Source of the DNA: Glaucostegus cemiculus
Taxonomy: Eukaryota
Length of the DNA stretch: 64,000 bases
Reading direction: 5' to 3'
Assembly (NCBI GenBank): GCA_976551045.1
Contig: CDPCPM010000076.1
Span: 31,310,001-31,374,000 of the forward strand
Shown in pieces: positions 1 to 12,149 of the stretch. Position 1 is the first letter of the stretch. Each line of letters starts with the position of its first letter. Below the pieces are notes generated by a model that had not been told where the DNA came from, did not search any database, and saw only the letters and a program-made list of their open reading frames with translations. Both the position numbers and the translations under genes were made by a program.

Positions 1-694
1 ATTCTGAAATATGTAGTTGCATAAATTTTAGCTGCATAAGCTGATTCTGTAAGCTTTCAAACTCTTTTTCAAGAACTTCCCACTTTGCACCTCCAGCTCA
101 ATGAGACAATAGGCTGGATCTTACTGGTAATTCCAAGTTCCAAATAGAACTGCCAGTGTTTAGCTGTTTAAAGGGTTGAAAGTCCAGGATTTCCGGGCAT
201 CATCAAATTTGTGGGACCCAGATCTTCTGGGATTCCACTGTAATTACACTTATGTATTGCCTCAGATCTGAGACCCCATTGAAATCAGTGGGGATTGAAA
301 GGCTAAGGAATAGGAGGTGTATAGGAAGGCAAGTTCTTTTTATTTGAAATTATCTTGGTTTGCTTTAATATATTAAAATAAAAAGTATGTTTTGTATCCT
401 ATGTTAGCTTTTTTAAGAATTTGCTATTTTCTTTTGAATTATTTAGTTCAGTTTTACTAGTATTTTAAAAACTATTAATCAATGCTCACAGTGCTTCAGA
501 GTGCTGCTGGAAGCCTTGCTGCCCAACAGACCACACCACAGGGGACTGGGAAGGTTTGGGTCAACAGGAGAAGCCTCCCACAGAGTGTGGGAAGCCCATG
601 GGTGGCAACTCAGGCAGAGGGAATCAGGCCAGCAAGATCTGTCCCATTAAATTTCCCCGGGTTTCCTCACCTCAGTCATTTGCCTTTCTAAAAT

Positions 695-1223
695 TTGGAG
701 ACACAAAATTTTCTGCAGATGCTGGAAACTGAAGCAATACGCAAAGAGTGCTGGAGGAACTCAGCAGTCAAGCAGCATCCATGGAGGGAAATAAACAGTC
801 AATGTTTCGGGCCAAAACACTTCATCAGGACTGGAAGGGAAGAGGGCAGAAGCTTGAATAAGAAGGTGGGAGGAGGGGGAGGAGCATACACTGGCAGGAG
901 ATAGGTGAATTCAGGTGAGGGGAGAAGGTAGGTGGGTGGGGGAGGGGGAGAAGATGTAATAAGCTGATAGGTAGAAGAAGCAAAGGGCTGAAGAAGGAAT
1001 CTGGTAGCAGAGGGCAGTGGATCATGGAATAAAGGATGAGGGAGCAGAGGAGAGGAGATGGGCAGGTCATCAAGGTGGGGGAAGGGAGCCATAGGAATAA
1101 GGGAAGACAGAGGAATGGAGGAGGGGGGGAGAAAAAGAAGGCTGGGGTTACCGGAAGTTAGAGAAATCAATGTTGAGGCCACAGGTTGGCCTCTTCCTTT
1201 GATGTGCCTTCATTTAACACTTA
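695..1223 (-). mobile_element. Penelope-like element 3' fragment (ORF C-terminus, purine/pyrimidine-biased UTR, pLTR with hammerhead motif)
   Basis: The minus strand at 1188-1148 reads QPVASTLISL/GLNIDFSNFR-stop, a PLE C-terminus. The typical elasmobranch pLTR (ctgcagatgctgga...gctggaggaactcagc...gcagcatc) is at 713-835. Direct repeat cctttctaaaat at 683-694 and 1224-1235 is a probable TSD. Confidence 0.8.
796..833 (-). ncRNA. Minimal type I hammerhead ribozyme motif (partly decayed) in a PLE pLTR
   Basis: The minus strand reads CAGUC-CUGAUGA-A-GUGUUUUGGCCC-GAAA-CA-UU-GACUG. Stem I (CAGUC/GACUG) and the core boxes CUGAUGA and GAAA are intact. Stem II is imperfect, and stem III is ACAU, probably CpG decay of palindromic ACGU. 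Confidence 0.6.
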
Positions 1224-2719
1224 CCTTTCTAAAATATTTTGTCCACTACTCCCAAGTTTACCACAACCAATAGAACTTGCATAGCTGAACTGTTGCAGAA
1301 CTCCTAAATTCCCCTCACCTCATAAACTTGCTTTAAGTCAGGATTCCACAGACACATTAGAAAACTGCAAGTAGCTTTCGTGAATAAAACTATCAAATCA
1401 GTAGCAGCTGATGATGGACCTTGGTGGAACAATGCTCATTTTGGCTGTAAAGTGAACTGACTCTGCCTAAAATCATTATCTTCCATATGATGTGGGAAGG
1501 AAAGTTTCATTTTAACAGGAAAGTGAAAATCAAGTCCATATGTCACAGTAAAATAATCTAACACAGTTTCATGCTGACTATGTGAAGAAATCACAATTTG
1601 TATAATCAGCTCAGGTGATTACTTACTTGCTCTGTCTAATAGCAAACGACAACAAAATGTGTAAATACTTCACTGAAGTTCCCTAATCTCTTCCAAAAAT
1701 GTCCATGTAACTTCTGAAGAACATCAATTTGAGTGCTGCAATATAATATTTATATGCTCACAAATAAACATGACATGGTGCTGATACTGCAGTCGTCTTT
1801 TGACTACTTGTACTTACATAATTATGAGCATATGTCAACACTGAGATTGATTGTTGACAGCTCAAACAATCTGATTTTTAAAGTGCACTCTTGCTCTTTC
1901 AAAACCAATCCACCTTGTTTAAAAATGTACAATGTGGTGATGTATATGTTGCTGAGTTATCATGTAACCATATCCAGTGTCACAGTGCAGCAAAATTATG
2001 AGATGGGCTATTTGACCTAACCCGATGTACTATCTAGAGAAATACAGCAGAATCTTGACGCACTTTTAATTGGTTCAGAAATAACTCTTGAATCCTTTCC
2101 ATGTCTTGATAATTCTTAAAGTGAAGACCTCCCTGACATTGTTCCTGAAATTTCTTTCCATCACTTCTAAGCATTAATCCCTTCTACTGTCACTAGTTTT
2201 TTTTGTGGTAATGTTCATGATTTAGTTACAGTTTTCCATATAATTTCAGTCATCTCCTTGGGCTTGGCCAAGTTAATTATTGAGGAAATCAAAATGTATT
2301 TATTGCAAGAATCTTTTGGATGTTATGGATTCTCAGAAGGCTTTTAGTAAGTTGCCTGAAAAGTGAATCAGGTATTCAATTCTACTGTTAATCCAGATAT
2401 CTTGGGTTTAGGACTGTTGGCTAAATTACTCAAAATCTATTATATGTAACACTACCAGAGTTAAATTTGATAGCCCTTTAAAAAGGGATGACATGCCAGT
2501 GGACAGTGAACCTATGCCAACTTTATGCTGCCTTATGAGTTCAGCATCTCGTCAGCTCTACCCATAATGTGGGCCCTCTGGTATATCCAGCCAGAATACT
2601 AGTATCATGAGTGCCAAGCACCCATTCAAAGATGGCCTCTTGCTATGTACAGCCCAGAAAGGAATGTGCATTTTGGTTGGAGCAAGTGATGGCAGGTATT
2701 CCAACAATGAACCTGACTT

Positions 2720-3849
2720 GGGTAATTGAGAGAATCGGAAAACAAGGATTTCCAACACTGCACTGGATGCATTGGTGGGGGGGGATGGGGTTGAGGGAGG
2801 GGCAGGCACATGTTTTGGTGAGGAGGAGTTAGAAAGGAAAAATGTATCCTTCGGGGAGCAGGAGGTCCTGTAGACATGTGCAGCAGTGGGATCAGGTAAT
2901 CCTGAAGAGAAAATGCGCAACACAAACCCTGAAGATCTGGAAGTAGTGCTGCACAAAGTTCAGTGACATTGTACACATAATCAAGATGAGTGAATGTATT
3001 TCAAATGGGACAAACCCTTAGTTTCACCAGCAGCTTCAGCCACTGTCTCAGGCATTGCGTCGTTGTCACACACCATCAACATTCACACACTTCAGCTCCA
3101 CACACACTGAGCACTGCTGGTAGTCTGCGTCCCACAGCCAGATATTCACAAATGTTACAGTGGCCAAATCGCACAAAACTCCCTGATATGCAGCCATCTT
3201 ATTGCAGAACAAGTGGAAAAAGTGGGAGTGGATGAGGACAGATGGATCTATATGTCCCAGTTCACATGGTGTTGGCATTATTGTGATGACTGTTGCTAAG
3301 GAGATAATTGAAAATGACAATCTACCAGTTCTTGCTTCCTATTTTTCTTTCAGCACACAATCACTTTAATTCACAAGCTGCAAATTGTGTAAGTATATAC
3401 CTCTCACTTTCTCTCAAACTTTGCACCATAAGTTCACTCTTGAGCCTTTTTCCCTTTCAGATACCTAAGAATTCAACTTGGCCAGGCAATTGAAGCAAAG
3501 AGGAAGGCAGTGATGATGCAGACAAATTATTAGTTAATTCCATATTAACAGTTACCGGCTCAGATGTTGGCACTGCAGGTAGCTTACAGATTAAGTCAGA
3601 GGTGGTGTGTGATCTGCACACAATGAAATACTAGTCACAAGTAGCCCAGGACCAAGGCAGAGGGCAGAGACAGGCCAGTTGTCAGCTCACAGAGGATGAG
3701 GCCCTGAGCATGTTCTGTTGCACTGAGAATGAGTGGGATCAGAGAGTAGGATTAGACCGATGTGATGTCCTGTATGCCCCTTGGTGCACATAGTCCTCAG
3801 CCATGGTGCCAACAACCTGAGGTATCATGGGAGCCATCAGTTAGCTGTT
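2720..3849 (+). pseudogene. Decayed Harbinger-type Myb/SANT-like DNA-binding gene relic (three exon-like segments)
   Basis: Frame-shifted translations RISNTALDALV...MYPSGSRRSCRHVQQWDQV...IWK*CCTKFSDIVHIIK resemble the Myb_DNA-bind_5-type N-terminus. Acceptor-like cttattgcag (~3207) and tccctttcag (~3460) precede segments homologous to the relic at 44870-46140. Confidence 0.55.
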
Positions 3850-4330
3850 AGAGAAACAAAGGATTTCAGATGCTGGAATCCAGACAAAAAAAAAACATGA
3901 TGATGTTGGAGGAACTCAGCAGGCCACGCAGTATCTGTGGAGAAAAGCAGGCGGTCAACATTACGAGTCAGAACTCTTCTTCAAGACTGAAGATAGGAAA
4001 AGGGGAAGCCCAATATATAGGAGGGAAAAGCAGAGCAGTGATAGCTGGACAAAAGAGGGGAGGTGGGGTGGTTACAAGCTGGTGATTCGTAGATGCAGGT
4101 AAGAGATCGTGATAGGCTGGTGCGGGAGAAGGAGGGAAGAGCAGATCCACCGGGGGATGGGTCAAAGGTGAGGAGAGAAAGGGAAAAAAAGGTAGAAAGA
4201 AAAGATAGGCTAGGAAAGGGAAGAAGAGAAAAAGCGCAGTGGGGGTGGGGGACGTGGAGAAGAGGGGGTGGGTGGGAACTACTTAAAAGGGGAGCTTCCC
4301 TGGCCTGCTGAGTTCTTCCAGCATGTTTTT
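3850..4330 (-). mobile_element. Penelope-like 3' fragment with short inverted pLTR copy and a perfect 15-bp TSD
   Basis: pLTR at 3860-3990. Its reverse complement (ctggcctgctgagttcttccagcat) is at ~4300-4325. catcagttagctgtt occurs at both 3835-3849 and 4331-4345. Confidence 0.85.
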
Positions 4331-4614
4331 CATCAGTTAGCTGTTGTTGGTTAGAGCAGATAGTTCCCCAGAGTTACCAGCAGCTGTGTCCACTAAACCT
4401 GTCACCTTATACTGGAAGACTCAGATAAGTGTGTCACTGAGTGCTGTTCAGGTGATGAAGCCACGTTTGAGGAATGCATGAATGGTGTGAGATGTGTGTT
4501 TGTGACCTGCAGCAGGACTCTGTTCTTGAGTGTGTGGGGGACCATTCAAATGCTTGGAATGAGTGGTCATTGTTGAAGGTTGTTGGGAGATGGGAGGGAG
4601 ATGTGGTGAACTGA

Positions 4615-4812
4615 GCATATCTGAGGCACCTGAAGATGCATTCACTCAGTCTGACGAGCTTGGGTGATCGTTCACCCTGTGGCATCGTCTATGCCCTTAC
4701 ATCTTGACCTCCAGTGTTGTCTCCGTGCTGCCTTCTGGTCTTTGTACATACAGGTTATCCTTCCTACTTTTCACCTCCACCACCAAGACCTCTAGCACAA
4801 CATCAGAAAGAC
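4615..4812 (-). pseudogene. Second Harbinger Myb/SANT exon-1 relic, opposite orientation
   Basis: The minus strand reads LSDVVLEVLVVEVKSRKDNLYVQRPEG, then ...tgagtgaatgcatcttca, which parallels tgagtgaatgtatttca at ~2988. Confidence 0.5.
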
Positions 4813-5651
4813 TTTGAACTTGTTCATTCTTTACCAGGTCAGATACACTTACTGCACAATGGTCAACCATTATTCAAGACACATTGCTGCCATTCTCGTA
4901 GCACAGCAGGCTGAATTTAAGAGGTGTAGTTCAGCACCTCATGACATCGAGTCACCTGCTGTTGGGTCCTGCCAGTTTACAAGTGGTTTGCACGAGCTGG
5001 AACAGAAAAGAGAGCCAGGAAGCATAAAGTTGGCATGCTGCTTGCATTATAAACCACAGGCAAGGGTTCATTGCCAATATTTGCAACTGTTTTTGAGGAT
5101 ATGAAATTTAACTCCTCCACCTCTACCTGGAAGACTGATGCATTGGTAATGGCATGACATGCATACCAGCCATGATTTATTTCAAAGACCAAACTGTCAA
5201 GTCTCTTTTCACTCCCAAACTTCATAATTTATTCATCTGTTTCTTCCTAAGTGAGGTAGTCCTCCCAAAGATTTATCAACTTCACGATAAGAATTGAGGG
5301 AGGAGCACATAACTATCTGATCTCCTGTATCTCTTGGTGACCTTCAATGAAGAAGTTGGAAAGGTACTTATTGAAAGGTCTCCTCACAAATCCAGGACCT
5401 CCATCACTGGTCACAATTAAAAAAGTAGTTTTGCAAATTCTTTCATTTTAATTTTGTCCTTATCCATCCTGTAAGGAAATAATACACAACTGTGCTTGCA
5501 TGCATCCTTTTAACCACACATCTAATGAAGATCACTTTCTTTTACAGGAGTATTTTATCCTTCTTTACAAATGCACTGTTTAGCTCTTTACTCCTGATCT
5601 GGAGAGCACAGAGAGAGTGAGAGAGCGACAGAGAGAGCAAACTTTACCTTC

Positions 5652-6192
5652 ACAAAAAGCAAACTGTTGGAGGAATTCAGCAGGTCAGGCACATCTGTGG
5701 AGGCAGTGGGATGGTCAACATTTAGGGTCAAGACCCTGTATCAGGAGCTGTCCCAATGAAGGTTCTCAACTCAACGCTGACCATCCCTCTGCCTCCACAG
5801 ATGCTGCTCGATCTGCTGTTTCTCCAATGGTTTGTTTTTTACTCCAGATTCCAGCATCTGCAGCCTTGTGCGTTTCCAAGTCTTTTGTTCCTCTCTCTAA
5901 CCACTTAGCCACTCTCCCTCCAGTTCTGATGTCATTCCCACTCTCCTCCCTCCCTCATCTGCCTATCACCCCCCTCACCTGTATCCACCAATCAGCTACC
6001 ACCTCTTGCTCCACCATTTCCCTCCACCTTTTAATACAGACTATCTCCCCTCTTTCTTTCCAGCCCAGATGAAGGGTCTCCACCAGAAATGTCAACTGTC
6101 CATTACCCTCCATTGCTGCTGCCTGACCCACTGAGTTCCTCCAGAGCCTTTGTGCGTTGCTCCAGATTTCCAGCATCTGCAGTCTCTTATGC
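5652..6192. mobile_element. PLE-derived fold-back pLTR pair plus an additional + strand pLTR
   Basis: 5655-5745 and 5755-5845 are inverted pLTR copies. A pyrimidine-rich UTR follows, then a pLTR with a decayed hammerhead (cagcccagatgaagggtctccaccagaaatgtcaactg, 6061-6098). Confidence 0.75.
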
Positions 6193-8447
6193 TCCATTCT
6201 TCCTCCATGCTGTGCTCAGACTGAAAGCTCAGCTTCACCATGACCAAATTGCTTTTGAAGCTCATTCTGGGAAGGAATTCAAGACTTGTGGAAACCTTTG
6301 GCCTCATTGGCCTACAGAGTAAAACAACAATGTGCATTAGAAGGGAGCATGGAAAAACAGGAAGGATTGCACCTAGAAACACAAGAGACACAAGAACTAT
6401 TTTCATGCCATTGGTTTGCTTCTTGGAATACTGTAATTAATCCTCTTTCAATCCTCCTCTACTCTGCTTTAATTCATCTCTTTCCAACACTACTCACACT
6501 ATATGATGAAACAGGTTCATTTTACAGACTCTGACAAGATATGGTGCAATTAATCACTGAAGCATGAGTACACGAGACATGAAGAAATCAAGTTTAAAAA
6601 TAAAAACAAGATTTATAGGGCATCAATTTCCAGAAAATAATAGTGATATGCTTGCTGCTCATGACACATCAATGTGTTGCACATTGATATTTGTGCCCAA
6701 GGCTGAATAATCCTTTTGAGAGCACAATGTTTCTCCATTGCTTTCAAACTAGGTTAGTGTTGATCATAACACAGCATCTTATCTCATACAGAAAGTGAAC
6801 AAGTTTCTCCACCTCCGAGTACATAATTACTTAAAACAAAACATGATACCTGGTCCTTAAAACCAATTAGCTTTAAAATGCTCGATCTTAATTGGATATG
6901 AAGGGTGTTTCCTTGTTCTGATTATATTCCAATGATGAAATGTGAGTTGCAATAAAGAGTCACAATTTGCTATTAATGAATATTCTTTACTCAAAACCCA
7001 CTGCCTGTCCAGTAGTAGCAGTTCTCTGTAGCAGAGTGCATCCAATTATACTGACAACTTGCAGAAGCGTGGAATTGGATTAGTCTTGAATGCTCAGATT
7101 TACACATTGTTGTGCTGTTCATGATTGGACAGTGTTGACTGCTTCTTCCATTCTTTTACTAACAGTATGAAGTAGAAAGATGTGGAAAGTTGGCAGTTAT
7201 TTTGTTAGAGAATTAAGTCATGTAGCAGAAGCAAATTGCAAAGGGAGTAAGAGTACTGGCCATTCTGCCCTGTCCCATACAGCATGCATGAACTGACTGC
7301 ACCATGAAGGAGGCTAAACAAACAGATTAAAATAAAGCAAATTAGAGGCAAGTATCTGAAAATCTTGATCTGACCCTCTCAATCAATCAAAGCTAGTTCA
7401 GACCATTCTACTCCTGATTAATCAGTGCATGTGTCATTTCTAACATTTACAAGGTTGATTGTTAATAATAATTTGAATGGGGGTTCTTGAAATGGAAAAA
7501 GAAAAGATTTTCTTGCTTTTTTTAATGAGTAATTGTGTATTTTTGACATTTTTTAAATTTAAAAAATAAAATGAGAATAGTTTAAGGAAAAGTTTCAAAG
7601 TTATTATGTTGAAGGCTAAAGGGTTTGATTGGCTCTTGTTGCAGCATTTCATGAAATCATAGCAAAAATCACCTGGCTAGCATTTGATTATATTCAGTCC
7701 CAAGCTAGACCCAAGTGACCGGTGTGAAAACCAATGTCTTGGTTGTTTATCTGGTCTCATGATCCAATTCATGGCTGATTAACAAAAAAACTGAGTAGAG
7801 CAGTGTGTTTTCTTTCTGCCAAAGAAACAATGTTGAGTGAAGATGGTTTGGTTATGAGGTGGCAACATCATGGGTGTAACCCTGAAGACTTCACTTGTTT
7901 ATTACTTTTTGCCAAATTGGAATTCTGCTATTGAATGGTAACAGTCAATGCAATGCTATAGAAAGAGTACTTTGGTTTCTTAACTTAAAACTTAAAAAGA
8001 CAAACAATTTTGGTTGGTATTGATTGCAGTATAATTTTTGATCAATTTATTTCAAAGTAACAATATAGTTGATACATTTGAAGAAGATTTGAGCTTATAA
8101 AAATCAATCTTTCAAGCTGTAAAGTGATATTTGCCACTCCAGATTTGTAGCAATTTCACTTTGTTATTTCTGAAATTTCTTACCAGTGTCTGATTAAAAT
8201 AGGCAATTGCAGTTGGCAGTTCTTAATTTATTTGGTACTTGTCACATGACCTTTTATCTATTCATAAAGAAATTGTCACAAACATTGAACTAGAAATTCT
8301 AAATTGTTAACATTGAATTGCACTGGTTTTATTGCAAATTTAAAATGTGAGAAACTATAACTAGTCCTTAGACTTTACTTCAATGAAAGATGACAAGAAG
8401 GTAACTGAACATTCAGCTTCCTCTGGTGTTGCAGAGCTGTTTTCCCC

Positions 8448-8466
8448 TGGGCCCTCTAGTGGCTGT
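8448..8466 (-). promoter_or_regulatory. Candidate CTCF binding site
   Basis: The minus strand reads CAGCCACTAGAGGGCCCA, matching the CCASYAGRKGGC core. This is a motif match only. Confidence 0.4.
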
Positions 8467-9354
8467 TAAGATTATCCAGTTGATAATAGGAATGATACTT
8501 CTCGAAGAACCAAAATATTACATTCTTTCCAGACTTCATTTCATATGAATACATATCCTGAGTTTCTTATAAATATTGAAAAATAAGCAAGTGTTGAAAT
8601 GGTTTGAGGTTTGAATGAGCACCCTCTGTATTCCTAAAGCATGATTATTTATTAGAAATCAAGTGGATACTAAAATTCTTGTTTCACATTGATGAAACGA
8701 ACATATCTCATCGTTATCTGACATTGCCAGTACAACTGAGAAGTCAAATTACCATTCAGCTCTTGAGCATCTTAAAATATTTAGTTGTGATCCTTCCGAT
8801 GGGGAAATCACACCATTTTGTATTACAAGTCAGCCCTGGTTTAAAGGCACATCTTCAGTTCTCATGATTTTCCAGTAGCTGACTGAACTTTCTATTTAAT
8901 CCTCTTGAAATGTTTTTAGAAAGCAGCTGTTTGTGTGCGAAGAGCCTGGAGCTACATTCATGGGTAAAGGTGCTGTTGCATGTGGGGAGTTTTGATCTTT
9001 ATTTTCTTCAGGCAAACCATACAGAGTGAGTCATATTGATGTTACATAGTACTACATAATATTTTTCCACAGTGACACTCCAGACAGACAGATACTGCCA
9101 GACATTTGTGCTCCACACAAGCCTTCTCTCACTTCTCTTCACCTAATCCCCACTGATAGATCCTTCTCAGCCTTTCCCTATCATATCCCTACACAAGTGC
9201 ACCAATGCCAGTCTCCTCAACCACTCGAGGTACTGAGTTACACTTTATAAACATTCTTCAGGAAAGGGTTTTACAGGTTTTAGACACCCAGAGATGAGTA
9301 CTAAGGTTAGGTTTGAGGAATCCTGTCAACATCCAATTTAAATTACAAATCATT

Positions 9355-10500
9355 TTAGAACCATAGAACAATACAGCACAATACAGGCCCTTCGGCCCAC
9401 CATGTTGTGCCGAACTTTAAACCACGCATAAGACTATCTAACCTCTTCCTCCCATATATCCCCTTATTTTAAATTCCTCCATATGCTTATCTAACAATCT
9501 CTTGAACTCGACCAACGTATCAGCCTCCACCACCACCTCAGGCAGCGCAATCCATGCACCAACCACGCTCTGGGTGAAAAACCTCCCTCTGACATCTCCC
9601 TTGAACTTCCCATCCGTTACCTGAAAGCCTCTTGTTTTGAGCATTGGTGCCCTGGGAAGGAGGTGCTGGCTGTCTACTCTATCTAGTCCTCTTAATATTT
9701 TGTATACCTCTATCATGTCTCCCCTCATCCTCCTTCTCTCCAATGAGTAAAGCCCTAGCTCCCTTAGTCTGTCCTCATATTCCATACTCTCTAATCCAGG
9801 CAACATCCTGGTAAATCTCCTCTACACCCTTTCCAATGCCTCCATATCCTTCCCATAATGAGGCGACCAGAACTGAACACAGTACTCTAAGTGTGGTCTA
9901 AACAGAGTTTTGTAAAGCTGCATCATTACTTCGCGACTCTTAAAATCGATCCCACGACTTATGAAAGCTGACATCCCATACTCTTTCTTAACTACCCTAT
10001 CCACCTATGAGGCAACTTTCAGGGATCTGTGGATATGAGCCTCCAGATCTCTCTGCTCCTCTACACTGCCCAGAATCCTGCCATTTACCTTGTACTCTGC
10101 CCTTGAATTTGTCCTTCCAAAGTGTACCACCTCACACTTCTCCAGACTGAACTCCATCTGCCACTTATCAGCCCAGCTCTGCGTCCTATCAATATCCCTC
10201 TGTAAGCTTCAACAGTCCTCCACACTATCCACAACACCTCTGATCTTTGTGTCATCTGCAAACTTGCTAACCCACCCTTCCACCCCCTTATCTAAGTCAT
10301 TAATAAATATCATAAAAAGTAGAGGTCCCAGAACCAATCCCTGTGGGACACCACTAGTCACAGCCCTCCAATCTGAATGCACTCCCTCCACCACAACCCT
10401 TTGCTTTCTACAGGCAAGCCAATTCTGAATCCACATGGCCAAGCCTCCCTGGATCCCTTGGCCTCTGACCTTCTGAAGAAGCCTACCATGTGGAACCTTG
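9355..10500 (-). mobile_element. CR1 (HER1-type) LINE, 5'-truncated, frameshifted RT
   Basis: Minus-strand ORFs contain [20 protein letters not shown]...KFADDTK, RPHLEYCVQFWSP and RRRMRGDMIEVYKI. The 3' end is ggccgaagggcctgtattgtgctgtattgttctatggttcta. Confidence 0.95.
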
Positions 10501-10504
10501 TAAC

Positions 10505-12035
10505 AGGTGGGCTAATTTCAAATAACATTCAGGAACTAGTGGAGTCATTGGTTGATTTTTTTTCAAAATGCACTAAATTTTTGGAGGGTGTCAGAAGATT
10601 GAAAAACAGCCAATGTGACTCCCTTGTTCGAAAAGGGAGGAAGACAGAAGCCAGTTAGTTTAACATCTATTGTTGATAAGATTCTGGTGTAAATAATCAA
10701 AGAGGAAAACTAAATATAATCAAACCTAGTCAATGTGGTTTTATGTTTAACAAATTTGAGGATTGGACAGGGAGTGTTGATAAAGGGGTATTTGTAGATG
10801 AAGTGTATTTAGATTTCCAAAATGTTTTTGCCAGTGTGACTCATCAGAGGCTTGTACATAAATTAACAGCCCAATTATTGAAGGAGCTGTGTTGGCATGG
10901 AGTGAAAACTGGCTGTCAGAAATCACAGAGTTAGTAATTTTCAAGCTTGAAGAATGTAAGAAAAGGCGTACCCAAGGGATCAGTTCTTGGCCCTTAATTG
11001 TTTACTATTTACATTAATGACCTGAAAAATAGAACAAAATATGTTTCCATGTTTGTCAATGATATGAAAATAGTTGGAAGGTTATATTGTGATGAGGATA
11101 TTGTGATTCTACAGCTGGATATAGATAGATTGAGCGATTGGGTGAAAATTTAATAAATGGTGTTTAATGTAGGGATGTGTGAGGTCATGAACTTCGTCAG
11201 AGGAATCAAAAGTCGGATTATTATCTAAATGGAGAGAGATTGCAAATGAGTGGAGTTTGGAGAGAAATAAGTGTTCTCGTTTATGTATCATAAAAGGTTA
11301 GCAGGCAGGTCAAACTTACAGTTAAAAAGGCATACTACAATTTGTCCTTTATTACCAAGGGCTTGCAGTTTAAGAATAGGGAGGTTTTGTTACAGCTGTA
11401 CAGGGTGATGGTTAGGTCACATTTGGAATACTGTACAGACCTATGGTTTCCTTGCCTAATAAAGGAAATAGCATTGGAGACAGTTCAAAAGAGATTCACT
11501 GTGCTAAGTCCTAGGAGGAGATGGTTGTCCTATTAAGAGAGGCTTGAGAGTTTGGGTTTGTATTCCTTGGAGTTTCGAAGAAGGAGGGGTAAACCTTATT
11601 CGAGCATACAAGATCTTTGATAGGGTGGAGAAGTTTTCACTGGCGGGAGTCTCAAACATTTATGAAAAAAGGGACTGGTCATTTAAAACTGAGGTGCATT
11701 GAAGCTTCTTCTCTCACAGGATAGTAAATCTCTGGAATTCTCTGCCTGGGGATGGATGAAGCCAGATCATTAGATATATGCAAGATGGAGATAGATAAAT
11801 ATTTGAAAGATTTAAGGGCTGAGCATTATGGAGAATTGGCACAGAAGAGTTGTTGAGGCCAGCATAGATTAACTGTGATCATAGAACATTTTGAATATAG
11901 GATAGCACAGCACAGTACAGGCCCTTCGGCCCACAATGTTGTGCTGACATAGCTATTCCCTCCTACCTACAGCTATTGAATGGCAGGGCAGGATTGAGGG
12001 GCCTGGTGTTCCTACTCCTGCTCCTATTCTCTAGT
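10505..12035 (+). mobile_element. Older CR1 LINE, decayed RT and 3' UTR
   Basis: Fragments VYLDFQNVF, EVLLQLYRVMVRSHLEYC and ALETVQKRFT. CR1 3' end tattgaatggcagggcagg...cctactcctgctcctatt. Confidence 0.9.
11881..11972 (-). mobile_element. Short CR1 3'-end fragment nested in the older CR1
   Basis: cagcacagtacaggcccttcggcccacaatgttgtgc is the same 3' end as at 9370-9410 and interrupts the host 3' UTR. Confidence 0.75.
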
Positions 12036-12149
12036 GTTCCTGTCTTGTGAGGCTAATGCATGTGGTGTTACCCATGGAATTCAGCTTCAATGTTGCAAGA
12101 ACCTTCATAAGCTCACGCAAGGTCAAGGTGCAAAGCGAGGAACACCAAG

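Noticed and set aside
160-245. Possible Tigger-like terminus (ccactgta)
   Set aside because: No matching opposite terminal repeat could be identified.
4240-4276. G-quadruplex-like runs (also ~925-950 and ~2775-2802)
   Set aside because: They are part of purine-rich PLE UTRs or low-complexity sequence, with no sign of specific function.
8372-8400. 29-nt micro-exon (DFTSMKDDKK) with AAG|GTAACT donor
   Set aside because: The acceptor is weak, the peptide is unrecognised, and such matches arise by chance.
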